Assembly: GCA_964586695.1 (NCBI GenBank) | Contig: CAZPGQ010000001.1 | Location: 5,350-69,349, forward strand | Length of the DNA stretch: 64,000 nt | Direction: 5' to 3' | Source: an uncultured Candidatus Saccharibacteria bacterium | GTDB lineage: Bacteria > Patescibacteriota > Minisyncoccia > Phycocordibacterales > DATDWN01 | Part shown: positions 9,887-18,761 of the stretch, piece by piece | Layout of the letters: every line of letters starts with the position of its first letter | Numbering within the stretch: position 1 is the first letter of the stretch | Translations under genes and position numbers: made by a program | The notes under the pieces: generated by a model | Seen by the model: only the letters and a program-made list of their open reading frames with translations | What the model was told of the DNA's origin: nothing | The model's database searches: none

Positions 9887-11563
9887 ATGGTAAAGCGTTT
9901 TCTGAGCCTGTTCAACAAAGAGATAATCGGCCTACATCAGGCCGCTTATCTTTTGGGTTTCTTTGCAATTTGTTCACAAATTTTAGCTCTTATCCGAGAT
10001 AGGATTTTGGCGTCCCAGTTTGGGGCAAGTAATACTTTGGATCTGTATTATTCTGCTTTTAGGATTCCAGATGTTATTTTTGTTACTGTCGCGTCCATTG
10101 TTTCTGTGTCGGTTCTGATTCCTTTTTTGATAGAACGATTTGAAAAAGGGGAGAAAGAGGCAAAAGAATTTATTGATACGGTTTTTTCTTTCTTCTTTTG
10201 TTTTATATTTGTTGTCGGTGTTACAGCATATATAACAGCACCATATTTTATGAAACTACTATTTCCGGTTTTTTATAATTCTGACAGTTTTCCAGAACTT
10301 ATAAAATTGACCAGAGTGCTTTTGTTGTCACCAGTTTTTTTAGGCTTTTCAAATCTACTCGCAAGCATTACGCAGATAAATAGACGGTTTTTTATTTATG
10401 CTATTTCTCCGGTAGTATATAACCTCGGTATAATATTCGGAATCATTTTTCTATATCCTGTTCTGGGTCTATCTGGCCTAGGTTTTGGTGTGGCTATTGG
10501 GGCTTTTTTTCATTTTGCTATTCAAATACCTTTTATTATTTCTCAGAGAATGTTTCCTGTTTTCAGGTTTCCTATAAAGTTTAGTTTTATAAAAAAAATA
10601 ATATTTACCTCTTTACCGAGGACAATTACGGTTTCTTCCAACGAGCTAGCAGAACTTTTCCTTATTTCTTTCGCTTCATTTTTTACAGTGGGTTCTATCT
10701 CTGTCTTTAATTTTTCTTTTAATTTGCAGTCTGTCCCATTTAGCATTATTGGAGTTTCGTATTCGTTGGCTGCGTTTCCAACTTTAACAAAGCTTTTTTC
10801 TAATGGTAACAAGGAGGAGTTTGTTGAACAGATGATAAATTCTTCTCGGCATATTATATTTTGGTCTGTTCCGATTTCTGTTCTGTTTGTTGTGTTGCGA
10901 GCGCAGATAGTAAGAACAGCTTTGGGGTCGGGGAGGTTTAATTGGGACGATACAAGGCTTACTGCGGCCGCTCTTGCCTTGTTTACAATATCTCTTGTCG
11001 CACAAAATATGGTCGCGCTTTTTGTCAGATCATATTATTCTCAAGGGAAAACAAAAACCCCATTATTTATGAATATGCTTTCTGCAGGCATTATTGTTTT
11101 TGGAAGTTTTGGTTTGGTTCAACTTTTTGATCAAAACTTATTCTTTAAGAATTTTATTGAATCCATTTTAAAAGTTCAGGGGTTGGCTGGCACTGCTGTA
11201 TTGATGTTGCCATTGGGTTATTCTATTGGTGTCATTTTTAATCTTATTGTTCACTGGTGGGGGTTCAGTTTGCATTTTCCTGCATTTTCAAGACCTGTAA
11301 AAAGAACTTTGTTTGAGGTTTGTGGTGCGTCTACAATAATGGGTTATGTTACTTATCAAGCACTTCCAATATTTGAAAAGATTTTTGATGTTGATACTCT
11401 GGTTGGGATATTTTCACAGGGATTATTTTCAGGATTTATTGGTATAGTAGTGGCTGTAATAGTTTTGTATTTGTTGGGTAGCCGAGAGTTGGGAGAAGTT
11501 TGGTCAACACTACATAAAAAGATATGGAAAGTAGATGTTGTTGCTCCAGACGCCGAGCTTTAA
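9887..11563 (+). CDS. murJ: Lipid II flippase MurJ (MviN family)
   Basis: N-terminal MurJ signature (AAYLLGFFAICSQILALIRDRILASQFGASNTLDLYYSAFRIPDV). About 14 predicted TM helices over 558 aa. Confidence 0.85.
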   Translation: MVKRFLSLFNKEIIGLHQAAYLLGFFAICSQILALIRDRILASQFGASNTLDLYYSAFRIPDVIFVTVASIVSVSVLIPFLIERFEKGEKEAKEFIDTVFSFFFCFIFVVGVTAYITAPYFMKLLFPVFYNSDSFPELIKLTRVLLLSPVFLGFSNLLASITQINRRFFIYAISPVVYNLGIIFGIIFLYPVLGLSGLGFGVAIGAFFHFAIQIPFIISQRMFPVFRFPIKFSFIKKIIFTSLPRTITVSSNELAELFLISFASFFTVGSISVFNFSFNLQSVPFSIIGVSYSLAAFPTLTKLFSNGNKEEFVEQMINSSRHIIFWSVPISVLFVVLRAQIVRTALGSGRFNWDDTRLTAAALALFTISLVAQNMVALFVRSYYSQGKTKTPLFMNMLSAGIIVFGSFGLVQLFDQNLFFKNFIESILKVQGLAGTAVLMLPLGYSIGVIFNLIVHWWGFSLHFPAFSRPVKRTLFEVCGASTIMGYVTYQALPIFEKIFDVDTLVGIFSQGLFSGFIGIVVAVIVLYLLGSRELGEVWSTLHKKIWKVDVVAPDAEL

Positions 11564-11682
11564 AACTTCCAAATTTGGCAAATTTCTTTGTTGCTAGTTT
11601 TATTTTTTCCACGCGCAGTACTAAGTGTACAGCTTGGTCAAAAATAAAACGTCGCGCCTCGAACTTTACTCAAATTGTATAA
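11564..11682 (+). repeat. Intergenic repeat element, copy A. It begins immediately after the murJ stop codon.
   Basis: Starts AACTTCCAAATTTGGCAA and ends ACTCAAATTGTATAAG, with an internal GTAC-TAAGT-GTAC hairpin. Alignable with the copies at 13522, 47267 and the partial copy at 46422. Confidence 0.5.
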
Positions 11683-11721
11683 GTTTTATGAATTCTAGTT
11701 TTTGTGCTTTAATGTAGACCA

Positions 11722-13521
11722 ATGGAAAACATAAGGAACTTCTCAATCATCGCCCATATAGATCACGGAAAATCTACTCTAGCAGACAGAATGCTCGAGA
11801 TAACGGGTACTATAGAAAAACGCAAAATGCAGGATCAGGTTCTGGACTCTATGGAGCTGGAAAGGGAAAGGGGTATCACCATAAAGATGCAACCCGTTCG
11901 AATGAAGTATAAACACGAGGGAAAGGACTACATTTTGAACCTTATCGACACTCCTGGTCACATAGACTTTTCGTATGAAGTTTCTCGCGCTCTAAAGGCT
12001 GTGGAGGGCTCTATTTTGCTCGTGGATGCGACTCAGGGAGTCCAAGCTCAAACACTTACAACCCTTGGAATGGCTCGGGAAACAGGTCTAAAAATTATCC
12101 CTGTATTGTCCAAAGTAGACTCACCACTGGCTCGTGTAGAAGAGATAAAAGCTGAGGTGGTAAAGCTATTAGACTGTGACCCGAGTGAAATATTGGAGAC
12201 ATCTGGAAAGACTGGAGAGGGCGTAGCAAATCTTTTGGATGAAGTAATAAAGAAAATCCCAGCACCAACACCGATAGAAGGAAATACATTTAGATCTCTT
12301 ATTTTTGATTTTAAATATTCAACGCACAAAGGTGTTATCGTTTTTATCCGTGTGATGTCCGGTTCTGTTTCCAGAAATAATCAACTTATTTTCAAAGTCG
12401 CAAAAGAAACTTTCAACTCTATCGAAACTGGAATATTTTCTCCGGATGAAGTTCCTGTAGAAAAACTAAGTGCGGGGGAGATAGGATATATCGTGACTGG
12501 AATAAAAGAACCAGGTATTGCATCTGTTGGAGATACAGTCGCATCACTAAACGACACAAACCCACCACTTCACGGATATATGTTGCCGAGACCTGTTGTG
12601 TGGGCATCTATCTATCCAGAAAGTCAGGATGACTTTACTACACTCAAACAATCACTTGGAAAACTAAAACTTTCTGACTCATCTTTTACATTTGAAGAAG
12701 AGTCATCTGGTGCACTTGGACGTGGTTTCCGTTGTGGATTTTTGGGAATGCTACACCTCGAAATAATCACAGAGAGGCTGCACCGCGAATTTGATCTAGA
12801 CCTTGTGGTGACAATGCCAACTATCACGTATGAAGTTACATACAAAGGTGGCCCAAAGTCTGGTAAGACAGAAATAATATATTCACCATCGTATTTTCCT
12901 GACGAAGGACTTTTGAGTAACATCAGGGAGCCTTGGGTAAACTGTACTATTATTACTCCATCAAGATTCCTTCCGAACCTTATGCCTCTTTTCTACGATC
13001 ACGAGGCGGAGCTACAAGACTCTGAAAACTTTGGAGGGGATAGAACAAGACTTGTTATGAAAATGCCGTTGCGAGAGTTGATGCGAAACTTTTTCGATAA
13101 ACTAAAAAGTGCATCTAGTGGTTTTGCATCTATGTCGTATGAGATAGAGGGAATGCGAGATGCTAACGTCGTGCGTATGGATATATTGGTTGCAGACGAG
13201 GTGATCCCAGCATTTTCAAAAGTTATATCAAGACGAATAGTAGAAGAAGAGGCAAAGTCGTCTGTTGAGAAACTACATAAAATACTTCCACGACAAATGT
13301 TCGTTATGAAAGTTCAAGCGAAAGCATTGGGAAGAATTATATCTTCAGAAACAGTAAAGGCATTTAGTAAGGATGTGACTCAGCATATGTACGGAGGAGA
13401 TATTACTCGAAAGATGAAACTACGAGAAAAGCAGAAGAAGGGAAAGAAGAAGATGAAAGAGAGGGGGATGGGGACAGTCGACATTCCACACGACGTTTTT
13501 TTGAAGATGATGCGTAGCTAA
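11722..13521 (+). CDS. lepA: Elongation factor 4 (LepA)
   Basis: NIRNFSIIAHIDHGKSTLADRMLE G1 motif, DTPGHIDF, the GTPase domain and a LepA-type C-terminal region. 599 aa. Confidence 0.9.
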   Translation: MENIRNFSIIAHIDHGKSTLADRMLEITGTIEKRKMQDQVLDSMELERERGITIKMQPVRMKYKHEGKDYILNLIDTPGHIDFSYEVSRALKAVEGSILLVDATQGVQAQTLTTLGMARETGLKIIPVLSKVDSPLARVEEIKAEVVKLLDCDPSEILETSGKTGEGVANLLDEVIKKIPAPTPIEGNTFRSLIFDFKYSTHKGVIVFIRVMSGSVSRNNQLIFKVAKETFNSIETGIFSPDEVPVEKLSAGEIGYIVTGIKEPGIASVGDTVASLNDTNPPLHGYMLPRPVVWASIYPESQDDFTTLKQSLGKLKLSDSSFTFEEESSGALGRGFRCGFLGMLHLEIITERLHREFDLDLVVTMPTITYEVTYKGGPKSGKTEIIYSPSYFPDEGLLSNIREPWVNCTIITPSRFLPNLMPLFYDHEAELQDSENFGGDRTRLVMKMPLRELMRNFFDKLKSASSGFASMSYEIEGMRDANVVRMDILVADEVIPAFSKVISRRIVEEEAKSSVEKLHKILPRQMFVMKVQAKALGRIISSETVKAFSKDVTQHMYGGDITRKMKLREKQKKGKKKMKERGMGTVDIPHDVFLKMMRS

Positions 13522-13639
13522 AACTTCCAAATTTGGCGATCTACTAGTTAAAAATTCAAAAATTTTCGTCGCAGTACTATTTGTGCTGCTTCTCATATTT
13601 TTGAATTTTTAACGTCGCATCTCATCCAAATTATGAAAG
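13522..13639 (+). repeat. Intergenic repeat element, copy B. It begins immediately after the lepA stop codon.
   Basis: AACTTCCAAATTTGGCGA ... TTCGTCGC, then the hairpin GCAGTAC-TATTT-GTGCTGC, then CTCATATTTT ... ACGTCGCATCTCATCCAAATTATGAAAG. It is followed at 13677-13708 by a perfect 11-bp-stem hairpin AACGGTCAGCC/GGCTGACCGTT. Confidence 0.5.
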
Positions 13640-13705
13640 TTCTAGAATTTAATTCAGTTGTATTGTATATAACAGGAAACGGTCAGCCGTTTCCTTGGCT
13701 GACCG

Positions 13706-13957
13706 TTAGATAATTTGAACTCGGCTCTCTGTGACCCTGATCAGCCCGATAAGCTTCACTTCCAGTAACAGTGGGCTTGAATGTGTCCAGATGTAAGCGA
13801 GGTCCTCCGCATGTTTCTTCGCACTTTCATCTTCATGAAACGCGGTCAATCGTTCCTCTTGCACCCAAGGAGCTTTATCCTTGAGTATTCCGAAGAACGA
13901 CCACCTACTTGGTTTTGGAGTTATCTCGAATCTTGCGATGTAGCTGATCATCCACAC
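13706..13957 (-). CDS. Hypothetical 83-aa protein at the distal end of the yebC-ruvC transcription unit, in a locally GC-elevated patch
   Basis: The ORF starts 23 nt downstream of ruvC on the same strand and ends at the strong hairpin at 13677-13708. Its composition is more GC-rich than its neighbours. No recognisable family, so it may be non-coding. Confidence 0.3.
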   Translation of the reverse strand: MWMISYIARFEITPKPSRWSFFGILKDKAPWVQEERLTAFHEDESAKKHAEDLAYIWTHSSPLLLEVKLIGLIRVTESRVQII

Positions 13958-13980
13958 TCTCCTTTAAATATATAATCATA

Positions 13981-14454
13981 TTATCTCTGTATTGCAAAGT
14001 GGGTGAGGCCGATGGCTATTGCGTCGAATTCGTCGTCGCTGCTTTTTTTACTATCTACAACAATTAATTTTTTGACCATGTCGATGATTTGTTTCTTCTC
14101 GCTTCGTCCGTAACCCGTGATAGCGATTTTCACTTCGTTTGGTGTGTATTCAAAAATAGGCAGTCCTGATGAACTCCCAGCGTAGAGGATAACTCCACGT
14201 GCTTCTGCCACAAGCATCGCTGTTTTCTGGTTTCCTGAAAAGAAAAGTTTTTCCGTCGCTAGTGCCTCCGGTTTATACTTTTTAATTATTTCTTTTATTC
14301 TATTTCCAATAAGAGCGAGTCTCTCATTGTGGGGGAGTTTGGCAGAAGTCTTGAAACACTCAGAAAAAACCAAAGTCTCATTTTGGTTTTTTTCCTTATC
14401 GATTATTGCAAGTCCAAGTCTTTCATAACCAGGATCTATTGAAATTATTTTCAT
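13981..14454 (-). CDS. ruvC: Holliday junction resolvase RuvC
   Basis: MKIISIDPGYERLGLAIID N-terminal catalytic motif. 157 aa with RuvC-like layout. Confidence 0.85.
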   Translation of the reverse strand: MKIISIDPGYERLGLAIIDKEKNQNETLVFSECFKTSAKLPHNERLALIGNRIKEIIKKYKPEALATEKLFFSGNQKTAMLVAEARGVILYAGSSSGLPIFEYTPNEVKIAITGYGRSEKKQIIDMVKKLIVVDSKKSSDDEFDAIAIGLTHFAIQR

Positions 14455-14658
14455 ATTAGTATTTTACCATGTACGAATGCTGAATAGTTTTTATAGACCT
14501 GCACAGGAAATTAGAAAACAACGACGAACGGAAAGAAGCCTGAAGCATTGTTTGAACGATAGTGAGTTTTGCGAGAAGGCTCTGGAGTGAGGACGATTGT
14601 TTTCTTGATTTCCGAGCAAAGCAAAACCCCAACAGGGGTTTATGCGTGTCTGTTAAAA

Positions 14659-15188
14659 CTATTCAGCATTCGTGTATACATCATTCACCTCATCATTTTC
14701 CTCTAACTCGTCAATTAGTGCTCCAAGTTTTCCCCCATCTTCCTCTGATAGGGGAACGGTTGATGTTGGAATCCACTCCTCTCCAATATTGTGTGTGAAT
14801 GCCCAGCTAGCCGCGCCAACTCCAGCCATGGCACAGTCATGTCTCGCTAAAATAGTTTTGATTTCTTGGTTCGCTCTGTTTTTTGCATCTGTTAGAGCTT
14901 CGATAATCATCGCACATCCACCTGGTCCGTATGCTTCGTAAACAATCATTTCAGTCTCGCCAGCTTCTGCTGACTTTTTGATTGCACGTTCAATGTTGTC
15001 GTTCGGAACATTCATTGATTTTGCTTTCTCTATAGCGGCCTTAAGTCCAGGTGAAGAAATGTTTCCTCCAGCTTTTTTTGCCTCTACTGAAATAAGTTTT
15101 ACCATCTTGCCGAAGATCTTTGACTTTTGACCATCAGTCTTCTCTTTCTGTCTCTTTATTTTTGACCATTTATTGTGTCCACTCATAT
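14659..15188 (-). CDS. yebC: YebC/PmpR family DNA-binding regulator
   Basis: MSGHNKWSKIKRQK...AGGNISSPGLKAAIEKAKSMNVP is the typical YebC N-terminus. The start is set at the internal Met (MSGHNKW) rather than the upstream extension listed in the ORF track. Confidence 0.8.
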
Positions 15189-15525
15189 GGCCAATTGTAC
15201 TCAAGTTATACAAAAAATCAAAGTTGATTATTTTTTGGGAGTTGCTAGACTGTTTTCGGCTGTTCTTTTGCACGAGGAGAACCGCTAATCCTTGAGGAAA
15301 GGAGGACTCGCTTCATGATCGACGAGGATCTGTTCGCGCTGTTCACCTAACCCTGCGGCGACCCAGAGGCCGGGTATGGGATCAAGGGTGAGCCCGGCAG
15401 CGCTCTCGTGCAGCGCACAAACAAACCGGAGACGGACTAGTATCCGTCAGGTGAGGAAGGCCTCACTTAACACATGGAGGATTGAATTAGAGCGGAGGGA
15501 CTGACATGTCCCTCCGCCTTAACTT

Positions 15526-16539
15526 TTATAAAAGAGTTTTTGGAGAGAGACCAAGGTGCTCATAACCAGAAGTTGTAACGGTTCTGCCTCGAGGTGTTCT
15601 GTCTAGAAAACCAAGTTGAATGAGGTATGGTTCATTGAACTCCTCGATAGTTGCTTGTTCTTCTGACATTGCTGCTGCGAGTGTGTTGAGACCAACGGGT
15701 CCACCAGAAAATTTATTTATAATAGTGTGCAGTATGTCACGGTCAGCAGGTGAAAGTCCTACGTGGTCTATGCCCAAAAGTTTCAAAGCTTCATCCACGG
15801 ACTCTTTTGTTAAGTCAGTTTTATTTACCTGAGAATAGTCTCGCGCACGTTTCAAAAGATAGTTCGCTGTTCTGGGTGTGTATCTAGATCGTTTTGCTAT
15901 TTCTTCGCCAGCTTTTTCATTGAGTTCGATACCAAGAATTTTTGATGATCTTTCTATAATTTTTTCGATTTCTTTGTTTGTGTAAAATTCAAGTTTAAAT
16001 ATTCCTCCAGAGAAACGACTTCGAAGAGGGGAGGAAATCATCGCGATTCGAGTTGTTGCACCAATGAGGGTAAACGGTGGGAGTTCCAGCTGTATTGTCC
16101 TCGCGCTCGGTCCTTTGCCAATAATAATATCGAGTGAACCTGACTCCATAGCAGGGTAGAGGACCTCCTCGATAGTTTTGTTGAGTCTGTGTATTTCGTC
16201 TATAAAAAGTATGTCCCCAGCAGAGAGGTTTGTGAGTATAGAAGCTAGGTCGCCGACCTTTTCTATTGCTGGCCCACTTGTTACTTTCATCTGTGCATTT
16301 ATCTCTTTTGCAATAAGGTGGGCAAGAGTTGTCTTACCCAAACCAGGAGAGCCGTAAAATAGTATGTGCTCTGGTGGATGATTTCTTTCTTTTGCAGCGG
16401 TCAGCAGAATCTGTAAATTTTTTTTGATATTTGACTGACCGATATATTCATCCCAACGACTAGGGCGTAGGGTAGTATCGAGAAAAAGTGCGTCTGTATC
16501 GACTGAGTCTTGTGTTTTTTTCTTCGGCTTTGTATCCAT
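15526..16539 (-). CDS. ruvB: Holliday junction branch-migration ATPase RuvB
   Basis: Walker A GSPGLGKTTLAHLIA, the LFIDEIHRL sensor region and the RuvB C-terminal winged-helix region. 337 aa. Confidence 0.9.
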   Translation of the reverse strand: MDTKPKKKTQDSVDTDALFLDTTLRPSRWDEYIGQSNIKKNLQILLTAAKERNHPPEHILFYGSPGLGKTTLAHLIAKEINAQMKVTSGPAIEKVGDLASILTNLSAGDILFIDEIHRLNKTIEEVLYPAMESGSLDIIIGKGPSARTIQLELPPFTLIGATTRIAMISSPLRSRFSGGIFKLEFYTNKEIEKIIERSSKILGIELNEKAGEEIAKRSRYTPRTANYLLKRARDYSQVNKTDLTKESVDEALKLLGIDHVGLSPADRDILHTIINKFSGGPVGLNTLAAAMSEEQATIEEFNEPYLIQLGFLDRTPRGRTVTTSGYEHLGLSPKTLL

Positions 16540-16578
16540 GGAGATAATTATACTATATAGGGGTGTTTAACAAGGCTA

Positions 16579-16677
16579 TTGACAAAAAAATCTTTGTATG
16601 CTAAACTACCAGTCTCAATAAGTTTGATTGAGTTTTCGTTGAAAAAGGCAGTTTAAGTTCACCTTCGGGTGATTTTA
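16579..16677 (+). ncRNA. Candidate small RNA with its own promoter and terminator in the pilB-ruvB intergenic region
   Basis: TTGACA at 16579-16584, 17-nt spacer with TG, then TAAACT at 16602-16607. The predicted ~64-nt transcript has a CTCAAT-AAGTTTG-ATTGAG hairpin. It ends with the terminator hairpin TCACC-TTCG-GGTGA plus TTTT at 16659-16676. No ORF lies on this strand. Confidence 0.3.
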
Positions 16678-16966
16678 TAAGCTCCAAAATATAAATCTCT
16701 AAGCAACTAAGCGTTTTGCGTTTACGAGTGTTCCTGCGAGGACGATTTGGTTATTACCTTGTGTAATATCTGCATCTATCCTTTGCGAAATACTTAGCTT
16801 TTGGTATCGATTATTAAAAGTGTTGCTTAGAGATTTATGCTTTGGAGTTTTTTGTTACTCCTATGTTTAATTATTCACACAAGGGGAGTCTTTAGCAAGG
16901 GGATAACTCACTGAGCCACAAAATTCACACTCTCGGCAATCTTGATTTTTTAAATTTGGTCAGTTG

Positions 16967-18643
16967 CTACTCTTTCTCAATATCTATCACTCTTTTTAGT
17001 TCGTCCATTGTCGTAATTCCTTTCAAAACTTTTAATATTCCATCTTGTCGCAGATCAAGTAGTCCTTGTTTTTCTGCTATTTTTTTAATATCACGTTCAC
17101 TAGCATTTTCTCGCACAACAAGTTCTATATCGTAATCCATTTTTATTGCTTCGTGTATTCCTGTTCTTCCTTTGAATCCTGTCATATTACATTTTTGACA
17201 TCCAGTCGATTGCCATATGTGTGTAGTGTCTATGTCCTTAAGATAATCTTTATCTGATATTGTGCTTACAATATCGTCGATAGTTTTTTTATCACCACCT
17301 TCAAGAGTGATTTGTTTTTTACAATCAGGACAAAGTTTTCTTACAAGTCTTTGTGCCATGGCTAGGTTTATTGCAGAAGATATGATTTTTGCATCAACTC
17401 CAAGGTCGATAAGACGTGGGAATGTTCCTGCTGCTGTATTTGTGTGGAGAGTAGAAAACACAAGGTGTCCAGTAAGAGCAGAGTTTATAGCAATACCGGC
17501 TGTTTCATCGTCTCTTATTTCACCAACCATTATCACATCTGGGTCTTGTCGTAGGGCACTGCGTAGACCTTCTGCGAAGCTGTAATTCTTTTTGTCGTCT
17601 GTTTGGGTTTGAACTATGCCAGGTAGATGGTACTCAATAGGGTTTTCTATTGTAATTATTTTTATTTCCGGCGTATGAATTTTTTTAAGCAATGCGTATA
17701 GTGTTGTTGTTTTTCCAGATCCCGTTGGCCCTGTTAGAAGTACCATACCATTTGGTTTTGATGTTTCGTGGAAAATAACTTCAAGAATTTTTGGATGAAT
17801 ACCAAGTTCCTCGAGTGGAACAGAAATCGCATCTGGGTTCAAAACTCGGAGCACGACAGAGTCATTGTATGCACCAGGCAGTAGGGAAGTTCTGATTTCT
17901 ATTTCACTCTTTGGTAGTTTAATACTAAAGCGACCGTCTTGTGCACCAGAAATATTTAACTTTAGATTTGAAATAAGTTTTATTCTAGAAAGAAGTAGTT
18001 TGTATGTATCCAAGTCGAACTGAAGTATTTCTGTCAGCATTCCATCTAGTCTGTATCGCAAAGTCACATAGTCTTCTTCTGGCTCGAGGTGGACGTCTGA
18101 AGCGTTTGTAGCAAGAGCTCCAGCGATTATGATTTCCATAATTCGTGAAATTCGGTAACTCTTTTTCATTTGTAAAACATCGCCGATTAGGTTCTGTACG
18201 TCTGGTATTGTGTGAACTTGTGCGAGGAATTCCGTGATCTGTTCGTTAGAAATATCCAAAGCTCCAGACTTTGTCTCAAAGGAGTATGAAAGGTCCTTGT
18301 ATCTTTCCCAAACTTTTTTCAAACTGGTTTCTGAAACCATGTAGACTTCTGGCGTATAACCTTTTGCTTTAATTTTTTCTATAGCTTCGACAGTTTTCGG
18401 ATTTTGTGGCGCCAAAGCTCCAACGCTCACGATTTTATTTACTTCATTGAATACTGCTACATTAGCTTCTCTTGATTCTACTTCATTAAGGATTCGAAGC
18501 GAGTCTATATCTAGTGGGGTAACAGTAAGATCGGCATAGGGTACACCATATTTTGATGACATTGCTTGTGCCAGACCCTCTTCCTCTTGTTTCCGAAGTT
18601 CATCTACTCGTTTATTCTGTTTTTCTTCGTCAAATATAACCAT
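16967..18643 (-). CDS. pilB: Type IV pilus / type II secretion assembly ATPase (PilB/GspE family)
   Basis: Walker A LLTGPTGSGKTTTLYALL, GEIRDDETAGIAINSALTGHLVFSTLHTN, a C-terminal tetracysteine motif (CPDC...CQKC) and an N-terminal T2SE_Nter-like domain. Start set to the ATG at 18643; the track start is a GTG. Confidence 0.85.
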   Translation of the reverse strand: MVIFDEEKQNKRVDELRKQEEEGLAQAMSSKYGVPYADLTVTPLDIDSLRILNEVESREANVAVFNEVNKIVSVGALAPQNPKTVEAIEKIKAKGYTPEVYMVSETSLKKVWERYKDLSYSFETKSGALDISNEQITEFLAQVHTIPDVQNLIGDVLQMKKSYRISRIMEIIIAGALATNASDVHLEPEEDYVTLRYRLDGMLTEILQFDLDTYKLLLSRIKLISNLKLNISGAQDGRFSIKLPKSEIEIRTSLLPGAYNDSVVLRVLNPDAISVPLEELGIHPKILEVIFHETSKPNGMVLLTGPTGSGKTTTLYALLKKIHTPEIKIITIENPIEYHLPGIVQTQTDDKKNYSFAEGLRSALRQDPDVIMVGEIRDDETAGIAINSALTGHLVFSTLHTNTAAGTFPRLIDLGVDAKIISSAINLAMAQRLVRKLCPDCKKQITLEGGDKKTIDDIVSTISDKDYLKDIDTTHIWQSTGCQKCNMTGFKGRTGIHEAIKMDYDIELVVRENASERDIKKIAEKQGLLDLRQDGILKVLKGITTMDELKRVIDIEKE

Positions 18644-18712
18644 GATTTTGTCTAAATATAATATCACAGAAAAGCCCTTAAAATAGGGCGTTTTTAACAG
18701 CTATTTTATAGC

Positions 18713-18741
18713 TTGACAAATACACTCAAATGGTGTATTAT
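18713..18741 (+). promoter_or_regulatory. Near-consensus sigma70 promoter (TTGACA, 17 nt spacer, TATTAT) driving GC-rich cassette 1
   Basis: TTGACA at 18713-18718 and TATTAT at 18736-18741, followed by an AAGGAGG RBS at 18749-18755. Confidence 0.5.
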
Positions 18742-18761
18742 TATAGGTAAGGAGGATGCCC

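Noticed and set aside
13621-13710. Small ORFs beginning at the ATGAAAG end of repeat copies B and D (26 and 19 codons)
   Set aside because: The downstream peptide sequences are unrelated between copies, and copy A has only ATG AAT TCT TAG. The conserved ATGAAAG is better explained as part of the element terminus than as a start codon.
14562-14941. Plus-strand ORFs 14562-14798 and 14672-14941
   Set aside because: Antisense to yebC with no expression signals. The conserved YebC frame on the minus strand explains the region.
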